The notes under the pieces are model-generated. The model was not told the DNA's origin, did not search any database, and worked only from the letters and a program-made list of their open reading frames with translations. A program made the translations under genes and the position numbers. From Paraspadella gotoi (taxonomy: Eukaryota; Animalia; Chaetognatha): a DNA stretch of 64,000 nucleotides. The stretch spans positions 6,065,992-6,129,991 of the forward strand of contig CM119267.1 of NCBI GenBank assembly GCA_051294375.1, read 5' to 3'. Below are positions 11,101 to 24,603 of this stretch, piece after piece; position 1 is the first letter of the stretch, and each line of letters opens with the position of its first letter.

Positions 11101-14008
11101 CTGGCTTGAGAGAAAGTTCATCCTCATTTCTGGCGTCAAACTGATAAATGGCGCGAAACTTGGTTAACTTTGGACCTAAAAAGGAAAAAGGATGTTTTGT
11201 TACGCTATACGTATTTAACACCGCTTTACCTCCGTCTTCACTCAATTACTTAATAAGTTCTACCCACTATCCTAACGACTTCCAGCTACGTTTGATGGAG
11301 ACAATTCTCTGAAGAAGATCATTTAAAGACTCACCCTCTCGCCCTCTTACACGTTTGCAAAGCAAGAAGAACTAGTATAACCGCGCCAATGGCAGGCGTC
11401 GCCACTGAGGTTTCGAAGCCCCCAACAGGTTAAATGCAAGATGCCCCACTAAACTTAGCATGACAGGCAACTATGATCAATCGTAGAATTATTTTTTTCT
11501 TTTACCGGAAGTCGACATTGGTTGAGAATCGCTGTTGCCGAAAGAAGCCCAGTTTGATGTCTTAGCTTCGAAACCTTAGAACCAAAGGCGAGACTTCGGT
11601 CGACCATTTAATTATTATAATAATAGTTATCGATAAACTTGATTTGGTCGAAGCACAAAAGAACATTTTTCACTCATAGTAATGTTTTTAGTTTTTACCT
11701 AGAGAAACTTGAGATTGAAGGGAAGGTTTACACGGCGGGAATACATCCGCCTTAAAGACGTCCGCAGATGATGACCAAACATCTTTGTTCCCCGACCCAA
11801 TTTCCTGGGTTTTTTTAAGCTCGAGTACCTTTTTGACCCATAAAATGTAATTTTTTTATTTCATATTTTGTCCAAAAAAAAAAAAAAAAAGAGGTAAGAA
11901 ACGAACAGTCTCGAGAACCCACCTTTTCGTACTTGACCCGTTGTTCCTCCTCCAGCCGCACGTTCTCGGCCTGCAGGGCTTCGATCTGTTCCCTTAACAC
12001 GGACATCGCTTTGGACATTTCGGCCACGGTGGTCGACTTCTCCTTAATTCTTTGGTCGATGTCGTCGAATTCCGAGCGAAACTTGTCAACTTTCTCCTTC
12101 TTCGCCCCCATGACTTTGAGAATACTGTCGTGACTGTCGGATGTGGAGGGATCGTCCTTCGTGAGAGGTTTGCCCAGGTATCCTGTTTGAGGAAAGGCGA
12201 AAGAATTATCGCAGATTTTTTTTTCTTCCGTTTGCTATCCAGCAAATTACCAGGAGTAGCAGCGAGCTGACGTTTAGAATCCATTAGTTTTCTTTCTAAA
12301 TCGGTGATGGTCGCCATCTTTTGGTCTCGACTCTCACGCATTCCATCGATGGCACGAGTTTGCGCCGTCACCTTTTAAATTCGTTAATTATGATCGAATA
12401 CATGACCACATTGACCAGAGGCCACAGGCAAAAATTATTATCAAACCTGTTCTCTCGCTTCGTCGATATCCTTAATTAGTTGAGAGGATTTATCCATCAG
12501 GGATTGATGCTCCGCGGCAAGGTCGTTGGATTTGGTTCTCAACCCCCTGACCTTGGCCATTTCCGAATTCTTTTTCTCCTCCATCTCCAGCCTTCTCTGT
12601 CGTAGCCACTCTTGCTGGCGTTGGCGTTCCAACTCACGTCGAGCCGCCTCTCTCTGCTCCAAAGCGCGCCGTCGCTGCTCCTCTTTTTCCTCTTCTATCT
12701 CTCGCTGCCTCGCCATTTGTCGCTCTAACTCCAATTGGCGGCGGCGCTCCTGCTCCTGCTTTATCCGGTCCCGCTTCTCCGCCTCGGCACGTTCGACGGC
12801 CTCCCGCATCGCCTGCTCCTTTTTCAGAGTGTCCTGAAGGGCGCGGCGACGTTTCTCCAGTTCCTCGTTGCCCTTGTCGAAGTTTTCCTTGCGACGGTCT
12901 TCAAAGGTCACCGGGCGAATATTGAGCGAATCGTCGTCTTCGAGAGAAACGGGCTGAGTTTGACCCATCGGCGTTAAAGTCTAAAAAAAAAAAAAAAATC
13001 AAATGGAAATTGTTATTCTCATTCTCCACTCTTTACTTTAATAAAGTTTTTCGAAATGATTCCAATCTGCTAAACATACCTGCGAAATACCCATAGATCG
13101 CAAATCCCCCGCGTTTGAGCTCAAACTAAGAACGGGAGCTTCGCCGTTGCCTCCGTTGCTGACGGAGGAGAGAGAAGCCTTTCTACGAAAGACCGAGGGA
13201 AGAAGTTCCTTAGGCAGAGTCGCCGGAAGAGTTTGGCCGGATTTGACCTGATCGATTAGATGCATGGCGATGCAAAATTCGTCCGCGCTCAACTTGCCGT
13301 CGTTGTCGTAATCCGAGAGGCCCCAAATGTGGGCCAACATCGTCTGAGTTCCGATTGTTAATAAAAAGCAAAAATAATCTTTTTTAAAACTTTTTTATGC
13401 TAGTAAGTAGTAACATAGTAAAACTCATAGTATACTCATTATATAAGCTATTTAGCCTTCCCAAAAAAATTAAAAAAAAAAAAAAAAAAACTCGCCTGTG
13501 AAAGACCAGAGTGTAAGAGCAAGGATCTTGCTTGGACTCCCGTCAAATATCCCATTCTCTGCTTGTCATGTTGATTGAACATTTGAGTAAACTTGAGCTT
13601 TTGGTTCTGCGGTATAGTCCAATCAACGCCGATGGACGAAGAGGACCCAGGAACAGTAGCCGAGACGATCGAGGATTTACGCGAGGGTGAGGCGGGTGCT
13701 CCGGACGGAGGGAATCCTCCCGTCGGGTCGCGCAACATTCCAGGCGGAAGAGAAGTCGGCAATTCGACACCCTTTAACCGTCGGGTGATGAGCGCCATGG
13801 CGATCGAGAATTCCTTTCTTGACATTCGGCCCTCCGATCCCTTCACGACCAAACCCCATATTTGAGCCAAGACTGGCTGAGGGAGGCCGCTCCGTAGAAA
13901 AAAGTCGCGCGCCTGTTGCCCCGTGATGTGATCGACGCCGGGCGCCAATTGGCCGAACTGACCGTCGTGACCCGCGCGTTCTTCGCGAGAAATGGACCAA
14001 ATGTCCAT
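8177..14008 (-). CDS. ITSN1: Intersectin, long form (EH-EH-coiled coil-SH3s-DH-PH-C2), ~8 exons
   Basis: Two EH domains (13038-14008), a KLERQ coiled coil (TFEDRRKENFDKGNEELEKRR), and SH3, RhoGEF, PH and C2 domains in the exon at 8177-~11175. Confidence 0.95.
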
Positions 14009-14465
14009 AATTTTTGTTGGAATGTCGCTCTAAAAGATTAATTAGCGAAACATTTCCGACAAAACGAAATGGTTTTTCCGAACCAACATTTTCAAAAGAG
14101 AAACCATAACAAATAATGGGTTAATATAAAAACCATCACTGAAAATTTCAAATATTTAAACTAATTTCACAAAAGCTAATAAAGCGAGATATAATTACTT
14201 TTAGATTGTAACGTAGTAAAAAGCTAAGAAAAATACAAATAAAATAATAAAAAAGTGAAAAGTAATGACAAAATTCCTCGATACTATATAAAAAGTATGA
14301 GATGAAAAATGACCCAAACCATATCACAGAAAAGAGAAACATATCCTTTCGGAGAAGGTAAACTTGAAAGCTTTAAAATAGCGAGAGTAATCGCAGTGAA
14401 TTCGCTCTCTGAAACTCAAACTAATGCGGTGGAACTGACTTTATTATTTTTTTTTTCCCTAAGCG

Positions 14466-17400
14466 TCAGCGAGGTATCATCCTCGCAACGCGAATCGTCG
14501 AAGAGTCTGCCGAAGAATCCAATAAAACGGGAATGACTAGAGAAGAAGCGTCGTAGGCGCAGATTCCGTCCTCCGACTGACAATAAAAGACGACAAACTC
14601 GACCTTGACTTCCGCCCGCGGACAATCGCGGCCGACGACGGCGCCGAGATTCACGGTGGCGCCGAAAGTAGCGCCGTCGAAAACGACGAAGCCGCGAGGA
14701 GGATCCTGGGACTCTTGACCTATTTCCCTACGGCAGATGAAGAACGAAGGAGCGTCGGCGGTTTGCTTGAAGCCCTCCTTCAACGTCAACTCTAATCTAA
14801 TCTCGAGGTCACCGTCGACGACTCGCTGCTCATCCATTGACGACTCGAATACTCCTCGTGAAGGCAGCTGAAGGGGAACGGGTAAGGTCTCGACGACCGA
14901 GTCCAAGACGAAGTCTACCACTGGAGCCTGGCCACTCTCGAGGTCAAGAAGGAGTACACGGTGATTGTTGGTGTCGGCAACGAGAAGTTTGGGCCTTTCT
15001 TTCCAAAGAAAGAAATCGAGACCGCCTGGTTCGTTAAGCTGGCCCTCTGCCGGAGGCCAAATAGTGGAGCACGACCCGGATTTTGGACATACAAGTTTGA
15101 TTTTGTGGTTGTAGGAATCGGCCACATAGATTCGGTTCGAGGAATAATCAAAACAGATTCCAAGGGGATGTTGAAGTCTGGCTTTCATTCCCTCTCCTGA
15201 TAGAAGAAAAACTCTGGTATGTTTACTAATTAAACCCACACAAATCAAAGTCGCACCCACCGTCGCAATCTCCGAAAGCAAAAAGATTCTTTGGATCGTG
15301 ATCGCCGCCGACCAAGGGTCTCGTCGCGCCGTCCTTGAGGTCGACATCGCGAATCGTCGAACTCTCGGCGTCGGCGACGAACAATGAATTAATTCCGTCT
15401 TTAGCGCCTGACTTGGAAGAATGAGAAGGCGGTGGTGGTGGCCGGGGTGGTGGCGGTGGTGGAGGGGGTGGTGGGCCAACCTGCTATGGCGAGATAAAGA
15501 GAAGTTTTAAAAAATTATTAAGTGATAAATTTTATAACAACAAACAGTCGACATTCAAACGTGTTTTTTTCGCACCATTGGGTTGGACTTACCTTAATAG
15601 ACGAATCTGACGGCTCCGAAGCAACCGGCGAAACGGGTGAGACGTTAGTCGTTGAAGGTGTCATTGACGTAGCTCCTTCGGAAGTAGTCGTCTCGTCGTC
15701 ACCAGAATAAAATCCCAAGCAAACTCCGCTTGGTTGCGCGAATCCGGCGCGTGGAGGGTAACTGTTGTTGCGATTCTCCTCGACGCCAGATCCCAGGAAG
15801 CGAACGCAGGTGGAGGCAGGAAAGAAGACCTTCTTGTACCACAAAGAATGACAAAAGAAATAGACCCATATTTGGTGAGTTCCCGCCATGGCGATGAAGG
15901 CGACATCATGGCCGTCAATGGATTTGCCGAGGCAAACGTCCCAAGGAGAAGATATTTCCTGCTGTGGGCCAGGGAGACCGCCTTCAAAATCTTGGCCTTG
16001 GAGACCTTCAAAATAAAATAAATTAAAAATATTATTTAAGAAAGGATGATCATAAGGGTGCAGTGATGAAAAGATTGAGTGTTGGAACAATGTTTTTTGC
16101 TGCCTTTGTACATGTAATAAAAAATAATTAAGCCCCTTTTCAAAAAAAACTTTGCATAACAGTATCATAAATTGAATGTTTTTTATCGTAATATCCTTAT
16201 AAAATCTTAAAATTTCAAAACCATTTTTTTTCAATTTTAATAGGTTTCCGATTCACCGGGAAAAAATGAAAAACTTTTGTAAAATATGTTTTATAATATT
16301 TTTAGGTTAAACCTGCGAAAAATTTTAGTAAAACGTTTCATCATCATATGATTCACATAATAGTTTCTACTACAGAGAGTGAAAAAGTGGAAAATTTTGG
16401 CTTTTTTTGACGCTGAAGACATTGAAATTTTTAATAACATGTTTTATATTTTTGATCTAATTTTTATAAAAAAATGAGAATCTTTAATAAAATTTAAAAA
16501 ACAAATATTTTTGAAAATTTATTATTTTATAAGGATATTACTATAAATATATTATAATTAATAATACTGTTCCCAAAACAATATAAGCAAAATATTTTTT
16601 GTACGCGTTAATCATACTATCTCACGTCTAAACATCCTTGTGTGTTCACTCAAATAAAATGTATGTTGCCCAGTGCTCCACTCTAATAAACATATAAAAC
16701 GTATTCCCGATTCTTACCAGGGATTCCGGCGAGAGTTTCGACTTTTCCGAGTGAGCCGTTTTTAGGAAACGAGATCACTCGCAGCAAATGATTGTCGGTG
16801 TCGGCGACGAGTAATTTCCGCTCATCATCATTCCACCAAGCGACCCCTTGAGGAAATCTAAACTCTGGTTGGGACGATCCGCCTCTTCCGCCGAAGGTTC
16901 CGTCGCGACTTCCTTCCGACTTTCCGCCGATGACGTGATGCACTTGGCAAAAGACGTTCGATGATCCGGTGGAGTCGTCCGATCGCATGGATCCAACGAT
17001 GATTCGGTTGTTGCCGGAATCAGCGACGGCGATTTGCCCGTCCTTAGAAACGCAGACTTTACCCGGGAATGAGAGATGCAAACTGACCCCAGTCGACGTA
17101 AGAGTATCCACGATATCTTTTAAAGGTATCATTGGGAGCGGATTCTTATTGAGCGGCAGCTTAGATCGGTTGGAGTAGAACTTCAACGCGGCTTCGACAA
17201 AAGCGAAAAGAGATTCTCGATTTCCCTCGCCCTCGAACATCGTCAAAAGCTTGCCGCTCGGGGAAACGAGGACCAGGGTGGGCCAACAGCTTACACCCAA
17301 TTCATCCCACAGCCAAGAATCCGCATCGTTTACTACCTGGCAAAAGGGTAATAATTGACTATTAGATATTATTACTATTACGATGGAAGAAATTGTTGAT

Positions 17401-17940
17401 AGAAAGGTATTTACGGGGTGCTTTAATTTGTGTCTTTGGACAGCAGAGAGGATAGAATCAGCGTCCTTTTCGTGGGCGAATTTGGCGCTGTGCACTCCAA
17501 TGATGGAAAAACCGGTTTCAGCCGGATATCGTGTATCGAGCTCGTTCAAATCCTACGGAAGTAATAAGTACTTTTATTAAAATTTAAATGGTAAGTTTTT
17601 ATTTTTTTCTGCTCCATATCGGCCTCAGAAAAATAAATTTTAAAGAACAATGAACACTACTTTAAGGACACAACAGAACACAGGTACTTACGGGTATTAT
17701 ATGCATGCAATTAATGCAGCAAAATGTCCAAAAATCCAAGAGAAGCAATTTCCCTTGTAGGTCGTCATCGCGCAGGGGACGATCAACGTTAATCCACTGA
17801 AGGCACGAGGCGAATTTGGGAAAAGACGGAGTCGAATCCGTTGACTCAATTTCCTCTAAATACACGCGGATTTTCGCCGCCGTCAAATCTCTGTCTTGAT
17901 CGACGAGCCATTTGTCTTTTAATTCTCTCAGTTCATTCAT
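14466..17940 (-). CDS. NHLRC2: NHL repeat-containing protein 2 (thioredoxin-like domain plus NHL repeats), multi-exon
   Basis: [47 protein letters not shown] and LQHPLG...[10 protein letters not shown]. Confidence 0.95.
16157..16570. repeat. Degenerate inverted repeat (foldback/MITE remnant) in an NHLRC2 intron
   Basis: ~65-bp arms at ~16157-16222 and ~16508-16570. Core tttatcgtaatatccttataaaa pairs with ttttataaggatattactataaa. Confidence 0.65.
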
Positions 17941-18122
17941 CTTTCAATCTTGTAAAAGATCAAGGTCGATGATTGCGTGATAAATATTGACTTTTAGATT
18001 AACGAGATGAGGTTACCAATAATTTAGGATGATTTGACGTAAAATTAGGTGCAATAGGCTACATAATTTATGAACTCGTACCAATTTTATAGTTCCAAGA
18101 CTGCCCTGTGGAGACTGGAGAG

Positions 18123-20155
18123 TCAAAGAGGCGGATGATCATCGAAGGCGCTGAATCTCCGTCGTTTACTCAGCGCTAACCATAAAAGCGCCTTGACGAT
18201 GGCCCAAGCTGCCCGAAAGAGTACCGGCCACAAAAGTAAAAAGACGACCGACCTCGTGGTAAATCCCGGAAAAAGCCACGAGCAGGCGGTCGAGAAGAGG
18301 TGATTGATGGGCGGCGTATCAATGGGCGCCAAACCAGATTCGGCGTTTGTATTGGATTGAATCGGCGCCGATTCGGGTCTGGCGCCATTCCGCGACGTCC
18401 AAAATAACGTTTCCAAAGTGTTCATTCTTGAGCTCAGCGACGAAACGTCTTGCTGGATCCTGAGCAACGCCACGGCGATCTGCTCGTTGACAGCGACAGA
18501 TGCGGATCGGTGGGGAGGCCGCTCACCGCCATCGGCGCCGGAATTGGTCGCCGGATTACCACTGGAGCGTCCGCGTGCCGAAACAGCCAATCCACGAACC
18601 CGTGAGGACGACCCAGCTGGGCCGTGAGGTCCCGTCAGACTCGTACGCCCTCCGGTTGCGCTGGTATCGGAACCACCACGGTGCCGGCGACTTTTGACCG
18701 CCTTAAAAGAGTCATCTCCACTGCGGATGGGCCAGTCGTCGAAGTTGCGTCGGCGCCCGCCGCCTGACCATCGAGAATGTTCGCTGGAGTCGCTCGATGA
18801 GTCAGCCTCGTCGTCCCGCCGACAAGTCGACGTCAACCGGCCACGATCGTTCGTCTCTCGCGCGCGACCCAAGCTCACGTCCGCGACGTCGGTCAGGACC
18901 CGGAGCTCATCGGAAGCTTCGGGAGGCGACGGGGCGACGACACGATCGCGTTGGGAAATTTTCGGTCGGGCTCCGGCCGAGTCGGAAACTACTCGTGACA
19001 GTTTCTCTCCTATGGAGTCGTGGACGGGCTTATCATTGGAAGCGACGAAAATGGCCTCGACAGGGAGAGGTACCAACGAGGTCGTTGGCAAGTTCTCCTC
19101 TCTCGGAGAAATTAGCGCCGGAGTGAAAAAAGCTTCGGAATCGGTTGAACAGATCGACGTGGCGCTTGTTGTCTTTGCAGTTGTCTCAGAATTCCTCCTT
19201 TCCGTCGAAGCCTGTCGTTCTAACCCACTTGGACCTAACTGTGCCATCGCGTTGACAGACTCGCAAAATTCTTCGTCGCCTTCGCTCTCTTCAACTTCGG
19301 CCGCTTCGGTGGCGAGGGCCATCGCCGAGTCTTTCGTCATCGCCGCTTTGGACTCATCGTCGTCTTCGTCGCTGTCGTCCTCGACACCGTCCAAGCTGGC
19401 GTCGCCATCTTTTGCGTCTCCGTTGAGCATCGTTTGACCCGTCACCATTCGCGTCGCAAAGAGAGACGCGTTGAAGGGGCTTTGATGTTGATTCATTTGC
19501 AAAAAGGGCGAGGAGGAGACGAGGTTCCCAAGCGGCGTCGAGTTCGTCCCATAGTCGGCGGGGCGAATCGTGTTTGGTCGATGGGGTAAGTGGATTCCGT
19601 TTCCGACGAGATGCGGTTTCGATTTTGCTACGACTTCGATCGCATTATCGTTCGTCTTTTCCACGACCTCGTTTCGTCGACTCTCGCGCCGCTGCGGGTC
19701 GTCGACGGGAGACGTTTCGCCTTCCGGTTCGACCCACTCATAAACGTTTCCCAGCTTTTTCGTCAATTCCCTGACTTCGGCGGTTTGAGGCATCATTTCG
19801 ATCACCTTCGCGATCTCAGACACGTAAAGAGTCATGGCCTCTTCCTTGTCCATGACGCCGAGTTGATACCATGAGTCCCATTTCGCGCGGTTCACCACGT
19901 CCCAGAAAGAAGGTCGCGAGACATTGCATGGACCTACGGTGGCCTGCTTGTAACAACTGTAAAGCTTTAACTTAAGCTCTCTCGAAGGCTGGAATGGACC
20001 CTCTTTAGGAAGATCCTGGACAACCTGAAAAAAAAGGGGGATACCGGTACGAAGTGGTATTAATTAAATTATCTAGAATGACTGCGTTGTTCCGTAATGG
20101 CGGTCACCTGCACGGCAGCGAGGAACTTCTCTTCAGTCGTGGATTTATAATTCAT
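18123..20155 (-). CDS. ACBD5: Acyl-CoA-binding domain protein 4/5 (peroxisomal, tail-anchored)
   Basis: ACB domain (LKLYSCYKQATVGPC...FWDVVNRAKWDSW), coiled coil NEQIAVALLRIQQDV and a C-terminal TM (VVFLLLWP). Intron ~20025-20107. Confidence 0.88.
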
Positions 20156-20298
20156 CTCAACAATAAATAAATTTCAATTCTATATTCTTATTCATCTTTG
20201 TTGTTTTCTCACTAAACGAATTTTAAATAATTGATCGAAATAAAGTAAAAACAATGACAATCAACATATTGAAAGACAATTTCGAAAACTCATTTTTT

Positions 20299-21666
20299 CT
20301 AGTTTTCTTGAGTGCATTTAGAATCTATGAAATACTCAAATAACGTTAGTTTTAACCAGTGTTGTCGTTCTCTGGAGCATCTATAAATTGAGTATCCATC
20401 AGTAATACCATGACCCAATTCATGCTTAGAAAAACTTGTGAGAAAGGTTTTGTTTAAAAGACCTTTCTCGGCGTAAATTTTTTTAGACAGATCGATCTTG
20501 TTACAAAACATCATCCACTTTGATTTATGAGCAAAATCGCAAGCGGCAAGAAATGAAAAAGTAACCGCTTTTGGTTCGCATCCAACTGGATGTTTAACAT
20601 GAAAAACACAGGCTTCAATATCGAAAATTAGAGTTTGAAAGCTATTATTGTGAAAAAAATCCAATAATAGGTATGGAAACTTTACCATAAAAAAGTCGAA
20701 TCCTTTTCCATGACTTTTTGGTAAGTTTTTATAGAAAAGATGTGTCAGATCAACAATTTTTTCTACTAATCCGCTGAACAAATTGACTAAAATCAATTCG
20801 GCTCCCGCTTCAAATTTACGAGTTTTAAGAACAATTACTTTTGTATCTGAAGCAAAATCCGCACAAGCTGTAAATTTTTTAAGGTCATTTTTAGGGACTA
20901 TCACAAGGTCTATACATTGTTCAATTCGTTCATACACTTTCCATACTTTAAGAAATCCATTTTCGAGGCATGTCACTAAGTTTCGGTAAGATTTTATACT
21001 CGAAAAAAATCGTTCTTCTTTCGCATGACTCACGATATCAAGGACAGGTTTTGTTTGACTATGAGAATTATCAAGTATAATTAGTTCAAAATTATTCATG
21101 CGTTCAATCACCAAAAATATAAAAGCATTTTTCATCGCTAAATGAATAATTGGTCCCGAGTAACCGTCCAAAACAAATTCATTCAAGACGGAAAGGTCAT
21201 TCGATGTGAGGATGCTGAACTGTAATTCATTGCCATCTCGAACAATGGGATAAACCACCGCTAATTTGTTGTTCAACGAATCTAAGGCAAAGTACCAAGG
21301 ACCAACGCCCAGGTTAGTTGTCAGTGTTTTAAAAATAGGGTTTTTATACCGTCCTCTTTTTAAATTAGAATCGCTCTCGTATTCTAAACGCTTTATTTCA
21401 AGGAAGTTTCGTTTTAAAAATTCAATTCCATATCCGGATTCCATTCTAGAAATAAATTCCCGAGACATCCGCTCATCCAAATGCGTTGTTTGATTTCGCC
21501 AAATCAGGAACGAATTATCAATAATTTCAAAAAATCTCCGACAAACAGATTTGCATATTAAAATGTCTTCAAAATACAAAAACGTGAAAATATTTTCAAT
21601 AATTTCATTCGAAAGATCGTACAAACCAACTTTGGGTTTTTGTATTTTACAAGTTTTATTTCCCAT
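20299..21666 (-). CDS. F-box protein with a divergent C-terminus, intronless and AT-rich
   Basis: F-box LYDLSNEIIENIFTFLYFEDILICKSVCRRFFEII; likely start MGNKTC at 21666. Confidence 0.8.
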   Translation of the reverse strand: MGNKTCKIQKPKVGLYDLSNEIIENIFTFLYFEDILICKSVCRRFFEIIDNSFLIWRNQTTHLDERMSREFISRMESGYGIEFLKRNFLEIKRLEYESDSNLKRGRYKNPIFKTLTTNLGVGPWYFALDSLNNKLAVVYPIVRDGNELQFSILTSNDLSVLNEFVLDGYSGPIIHLAMKNAFIFLVIERMNNFELIILDNSHSQTKPVLDIVSHAKEERFFSSIKSYRNLVTCLENGFLKVWKVYERIEQCIDLVIVPKNDLKKFTACADFASDTKVIVLKTRKFEAGAELILVNLFSGLVEKIVDLTHLFYKNLPKSHGKGFDFFMVKFPYLLLDFFHNNSFQTLIFDIEACVFHVKHPVGCEPKAVTFSFLAACDFAHKSKWMMFCNKIDLSKKIYAEKGLLNKTFLTSFSKHELGHGITDGYSIYRCSRERQHWLKLTLFEYFIDSKCTQEN

Positions 21667-21802
21667 GGTTAATAACTTAAACTTAATGCTGAAACTAAAA
21701 CTCGGAATATTCCATAAATTATATTTACAAACACTCAGCAAAAACGTCTCCCTAAATGAGTTAATAATTAAAAAAATAAAGAAGTAAATAAACAATCATT
21801 TA

Positions 21803-24238
21803 TTAAGTGTAAAAAATTATTTCAGGTATTTGACCATCTTCCACAGAGGTGCCATTGTTTGAACCCGCGGCGTAGGAAAAAGTAAATACGACCCGTTCTC
21901 GGGAAGCGCTCTCGTGAACGACTTTACGTTGCCCCTTGGTCCCGTAGAACGAATCTGGTCCCTTGAGAGTGCACGCCGCCGTATAGTTCATGTTGGGATA
22001 AATTTCCACGGGTTCCTTGAACATGACCCGGAATGTAGAATTGCTTCCGTCGCAGGGAAAAGAAGTTTCATTTTGTCCGACGACGCGAGAAGAGTCCGTG
22101 TGCGTGATTTGCATGCTGACGGCGTACTCGGTGGCGCCGTGTATGGAGCCGTAAAGGCCGAAGCCGACGATAAAGATTTTGCGGTTGACCATCAATCGGA
22201 TTCGGTCGCTCGTTCCGCTGTAGCCCCAACGGCTTTCCGTTTGGCAGAACCGGTTCACCACCTGCTCTTTACCGGTGAGACAACAACGCGGAACGTCTGT
22301 AAAGCTCACACTGGGCTTGGGGTTGACGGTGAAGTAGAGGAAGAGGGAAACGACTTCGGCATCAAGTAGCAACCCAGACTGGGCGGGGCCGGAGGCGAAC
22401 TCTTCTATGTTCATAAGGGGGAATCTTATGAGGTAGAGCGCGCGCCCAAGGACCTCGCGTTTGTTCTCCGAGGTGGCGGGAATGTTGCGCCGGTTGCATT
22501 CCGCCTCGCTCCACCGGGCCACGGCTCCGAATAATTTTACCTCGCGAATCCCCAGCGTGTCCCGCTCGAGCACGACACCGAGCGTCTCCAAATCTACGTC
22601 GGTGAATCCCTCAGCGGAGACGGCTTCGTGGGTGTTTTTGTCAATAGTTTCCAAACAAAGCGCCGCCAACTGAGGTTCGTCGAAGAGTCGAGCCTGCGTC
22701 AAGAGCATGAAGGCGTTGTCGGGGGCCAGATTTTTTTTAAGAAACTCGACGCAATGGATCTCCAAAGCGGGTACGGCGTACTTCTTGGCTGTGTACAAAG
22801 TCGTCATGACCGTCTCGGGACCGATCGTCACTTCGTCCGAATAGAGAAACCTCAGCGTCGAGAGAAACGCTGCAGGCTCGACGTCCGGGAGTTCGATCTC
22901 GTCCTGTCGCGTGGCCATGCCGCCGTTGAACATGGCGTCAAAGACGGCGCTACCAATGGATAGGACGAACTTGTGTGCGGGAATTCTTTGGACATTGGCA
23001 CCTTTGCCTACCAAAAAATGAACGTCAGCCATGGTGTCGTTGTTGTACATAAACGCCAGGCGTTCTTTTACAGTAGGTTTGGAAGCCTGCCAGTTGTAAA
23101 GGGGTTCGGCGCCCTCTAGACCCGGTGCCACGGCCAGAGCCGACGGAGCTGGCGCCGGAACCTGACCCCTTTGTTGTTCTCTCACGATAGGAATGGAATT
23201 GAGGCCACTCTGACCATTTGGAGCTGGAAGATTGTGAACCGGCCCTTCTTGAACAACGGATGTGGCAGTAGGATGATTGTGAATTACGGAAACGCGCTCG
23301 TCAGAGTTTCCTCGCGGCGAATCTCGTGCCAACGCGACTCGAGTGGATTGACGATCCTGAGCCCGATCTGCGCTTTGGCTTCCCTCTGATCCGCCATTAA
23401 TCGCCATGGCCTTCGTCCAGGCGGAAACGTTTTCCAGGTTCTCGCGCTCGCTGTTGGACAGGGAGACGTTGGGCAGGGAGACGGTCGCGGATGCCTTGGG
23501 ACGAGCCCCGTTGACGCTCGGCTGAGTTGGTTGAGAAGAGTTGGGCGTCTCTTCAGCCGCCGTGACGGAATCACTATTGTTTTGGTTGGATTTATTGGAA
23601 GGGAGAGAGCGATGACGAGACTGAGCGGCGTTCGAAGTGGCGTTGAGAGGCGGGGGAGTCCCATGACGTTTTTGGACCGCCAGGGGGAAGGGGACGAAGT
23701 CATTTCCTAGAGGATAAATAAACACAGCAATATACACATGTACATGTATATACGTATATATTGTTTCACTGTTTAATTAACCTGCATTTGTTTGAGCCGC
23801 TCGACCGGAAATAGCGTCATAACTGGGACCGAGGTAAACTCGCTCCTCGTCAGTATCGTCAGACGATCTCACGTCTTCAGAGACGCTACGACAAGGTCGT
23901 CTTTCCTCAGCCGCTTCGGAGCGCCGGGATTTGTTGGCCGTGTGGCGTGAACCGGCTTGAGACAACCCGCGCCCCCAATGAGGTTGGCACATGAATTTCC
24001 CGCCGCTCCCGCCGCCTTCGCGTGCGGAATGGGAAGAGGGGTAGCCATTGTCTTTGTTTTTTCCCGTACCAGGTTCGTTGGAGAGGCCACAGACGGTGTC
24101 TCTATTTTGCGCAGTCGTCTCGGATTTCTTGCTTTGACTTTTAGAACCGTTTTTCGCCAGCAAAGAAGGTTCGGAAGGTTTATCTTCATATGGTTCCGTT
24201 TCTTCATCATCAGAGTCTTTGGCATTATAACTGGCCAT
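21803..24238 (-). CDS. BTBD2: BTB/POZ domain-containing protein 1/2 (BTB-BACK-PHR), intron 23707-23781
   Basis: [33 protein letters not shown] and the C-terminal [18 protein letters not shown]. Confidence 0.93.
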
Positions 24239-24603
24239 TTTGCGATTTCAACAATTGGGGAGTCAGGCGGAAGCGACTAAATTTATTCATTTTTTATGAA
24301 AGAATATACTACGTAAAAATCAAAACTAAATGAGAGAATCGGATCATGAAAAAGAGAGCGCTAGTAACAATACTAACAGGACATGACTGAAAAAAAAAGT
24401 TACTGTACACATTCAGGGATAGGACAGCTTATTTATTATTACAATGGTTGTACCAATTTCATAACATTGATGAAAATGGTTAACTATTTTTGCAATAACA
24501 TTCAATAATACTCAATAATCATATCACTAAGAAATTAAACGGTTTCCATCCAAATAGATTTGAATTCGAATTTAAACTAAGAAAAAAATGAGTGTCAAGC
24601 ATG

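Noticed and set aside
11994-15479. Apparent frameshifts or pseudogenes in ITSN and NHLRC2 ORFs
   Set aside because: They are explained by short GT-AG introns (e.g. 12183-12250 and ~15198-15260) that restore conserved frames.
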